Source: Fimicolochytrium jonesii
Taxonomy: Eukaryota
Assembly (NCBI RefSeq): GCF_025526975.1
Contig: NW_026515669.1
Coordinates: forward strand, 62,001 to 126,000
Reading direction: 5' to 3'
Length of the DNA: 64,000 nucleotides
The position numbers and the translations under genes are program-made. How positions within the stretch are numbered: the first letter of the stretch is position 1; each line of letters starts with the position of its first letter. The notes beneath the pieces are model-generated. The model ran no database searches. It was not told the origin of the DNA and was given only the letters and a program-made list of their open reading frames with translations. Positions 63,029 to 64,000 of the stretch are shown one piece after another.

Positions 63029-64000
63029 TTACCGCCCCCACCACCCGGGCGCAACAGCCCTAACGCCCACCTCCATTCCCTTCACAGCCAACACCGCCTC
63101 CATGTCTTTCACAGCACCACCGCCATCATTACCCTGGATGTGGTGTTTCCCGCCAGCGACATATTCCAACCGCACGAGCGCAAGCCCGATGTTGGCGACG
63201 TGCGAGCCTGTGCGGCCGATGGGTTTCGGAGTCGTGGTTGCGGCAGTTGGGCGGCGGCGGCGTGTGGGTTGTTGTTGTTGTTGTTGATCCGATTCTGACT
63301 GTTCTGACTGTTCTGATGGTGTGGTCGATTGTGATGGAGGCAAAACCACAATCTCCGTCTGCGGCGGGACTCCCTCGCTATCCTCCGTTTCCGACCCGAC
63401 ATCCACAGCCAGTCCACTGTCGTCATCCTCGATGTTGGGAGACGCGGCGGCACCGGCGGTGAGATACTGCACAGGCACGATCCGTTTCCGCACCACGCCG
63501 GTGTGGTACGTCCTGATCGTGAGTTCTTGGCCGAGGTAGCAGCCTTTGCGGAAGTCCACTGAAACAAAAACAAACGTGAGTTTGCCACGATTCAACGCGT
63601 GATGTATGATGGAGACGGAAGCGGTAACGTTGCTTACCCCCCGACATGAGATCGAGGTTCGATTCGAGCGGTAGTGCGACGCCGGTGGGGAAGTCGTCGG
63701 CGCCTTCGGGGATCCCGAGGAGGATGCGGCGGCGGAGGTAGGTCGTGTACGGAACCTTAGTGAAATGCTGTGGGAGGGGCGCTATTGCGAAAAAGAACGT
63801 CCATTAGGTTTTCAGTAACACATACGGTAACGAAGAGGGGCACGTACGTTTCCCCCCCGTCTCAAGCACAACCCTCAACCCCATCTCCCGATGCCTTGGA
63901 TCCCTGCACCCAATATCACACAACCGTTCCCTCCCCACCAGCGCACCCAACGGCAAGGCAACACCCCCAACAACCTCATCCCGCACGACATTCACGCCCC
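63029..64000 (-). CDS. IBA57: Iba57/Caf17 (YgfZ family) folate-binding Fe-S assembly protein, 3' part (continues beyond window)
   Basis: [20 protein letters not shown]...[10 protein letters not shown], and the signature [29 protein letters not shown]. Confidence 0.93.

Overview
This is a eukaryotic window with many short GT-AG introns. It is almost certainly fungal (Zn2Cys6 factor) and probably from an early-diverging zoosporic (chytrid-type) lineage, inferred from a PPP1R35-like centriolar gene and a FET/TAF15-type RNA-binding gene. The left 20 kb looks like a compact secondary-metabolite cluster: Zn2Cys6 regulator, a two-module NRPS (A-T-C-A-T-C) ending in a degenerate third A domain, a catechol O-methyltransferase and an MRP/ABCC exporter, with a deleted Tc1-like transposon inside it. 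The remainder holds housekeeping genes (C2H2 TF, CSE1, FET protein, CNNM/Mam3, PIG-F, ARPC5, a PPR protein, PRP3, IBA57), four identical tRNA-Gly(TCC) genes and several unusual genes. The most striking is a single polypeptide with signal peptide-DOMON-cytochrome b561-cytochrome b5-FAD/NAD(P)H reductase and an SH3 domain inserted in the reductase, i.e. a self-contained trans-membrane electron chain. Non-coding oddities include a Pol III-type tRNA-like element, a GCGAGCGAAGCGAGC-type motif family in enlarged introns, and a fold-back copy of part of PIG-F. All calls come from manual motif recognition; no searches were run and exon boundaries are read by eye.
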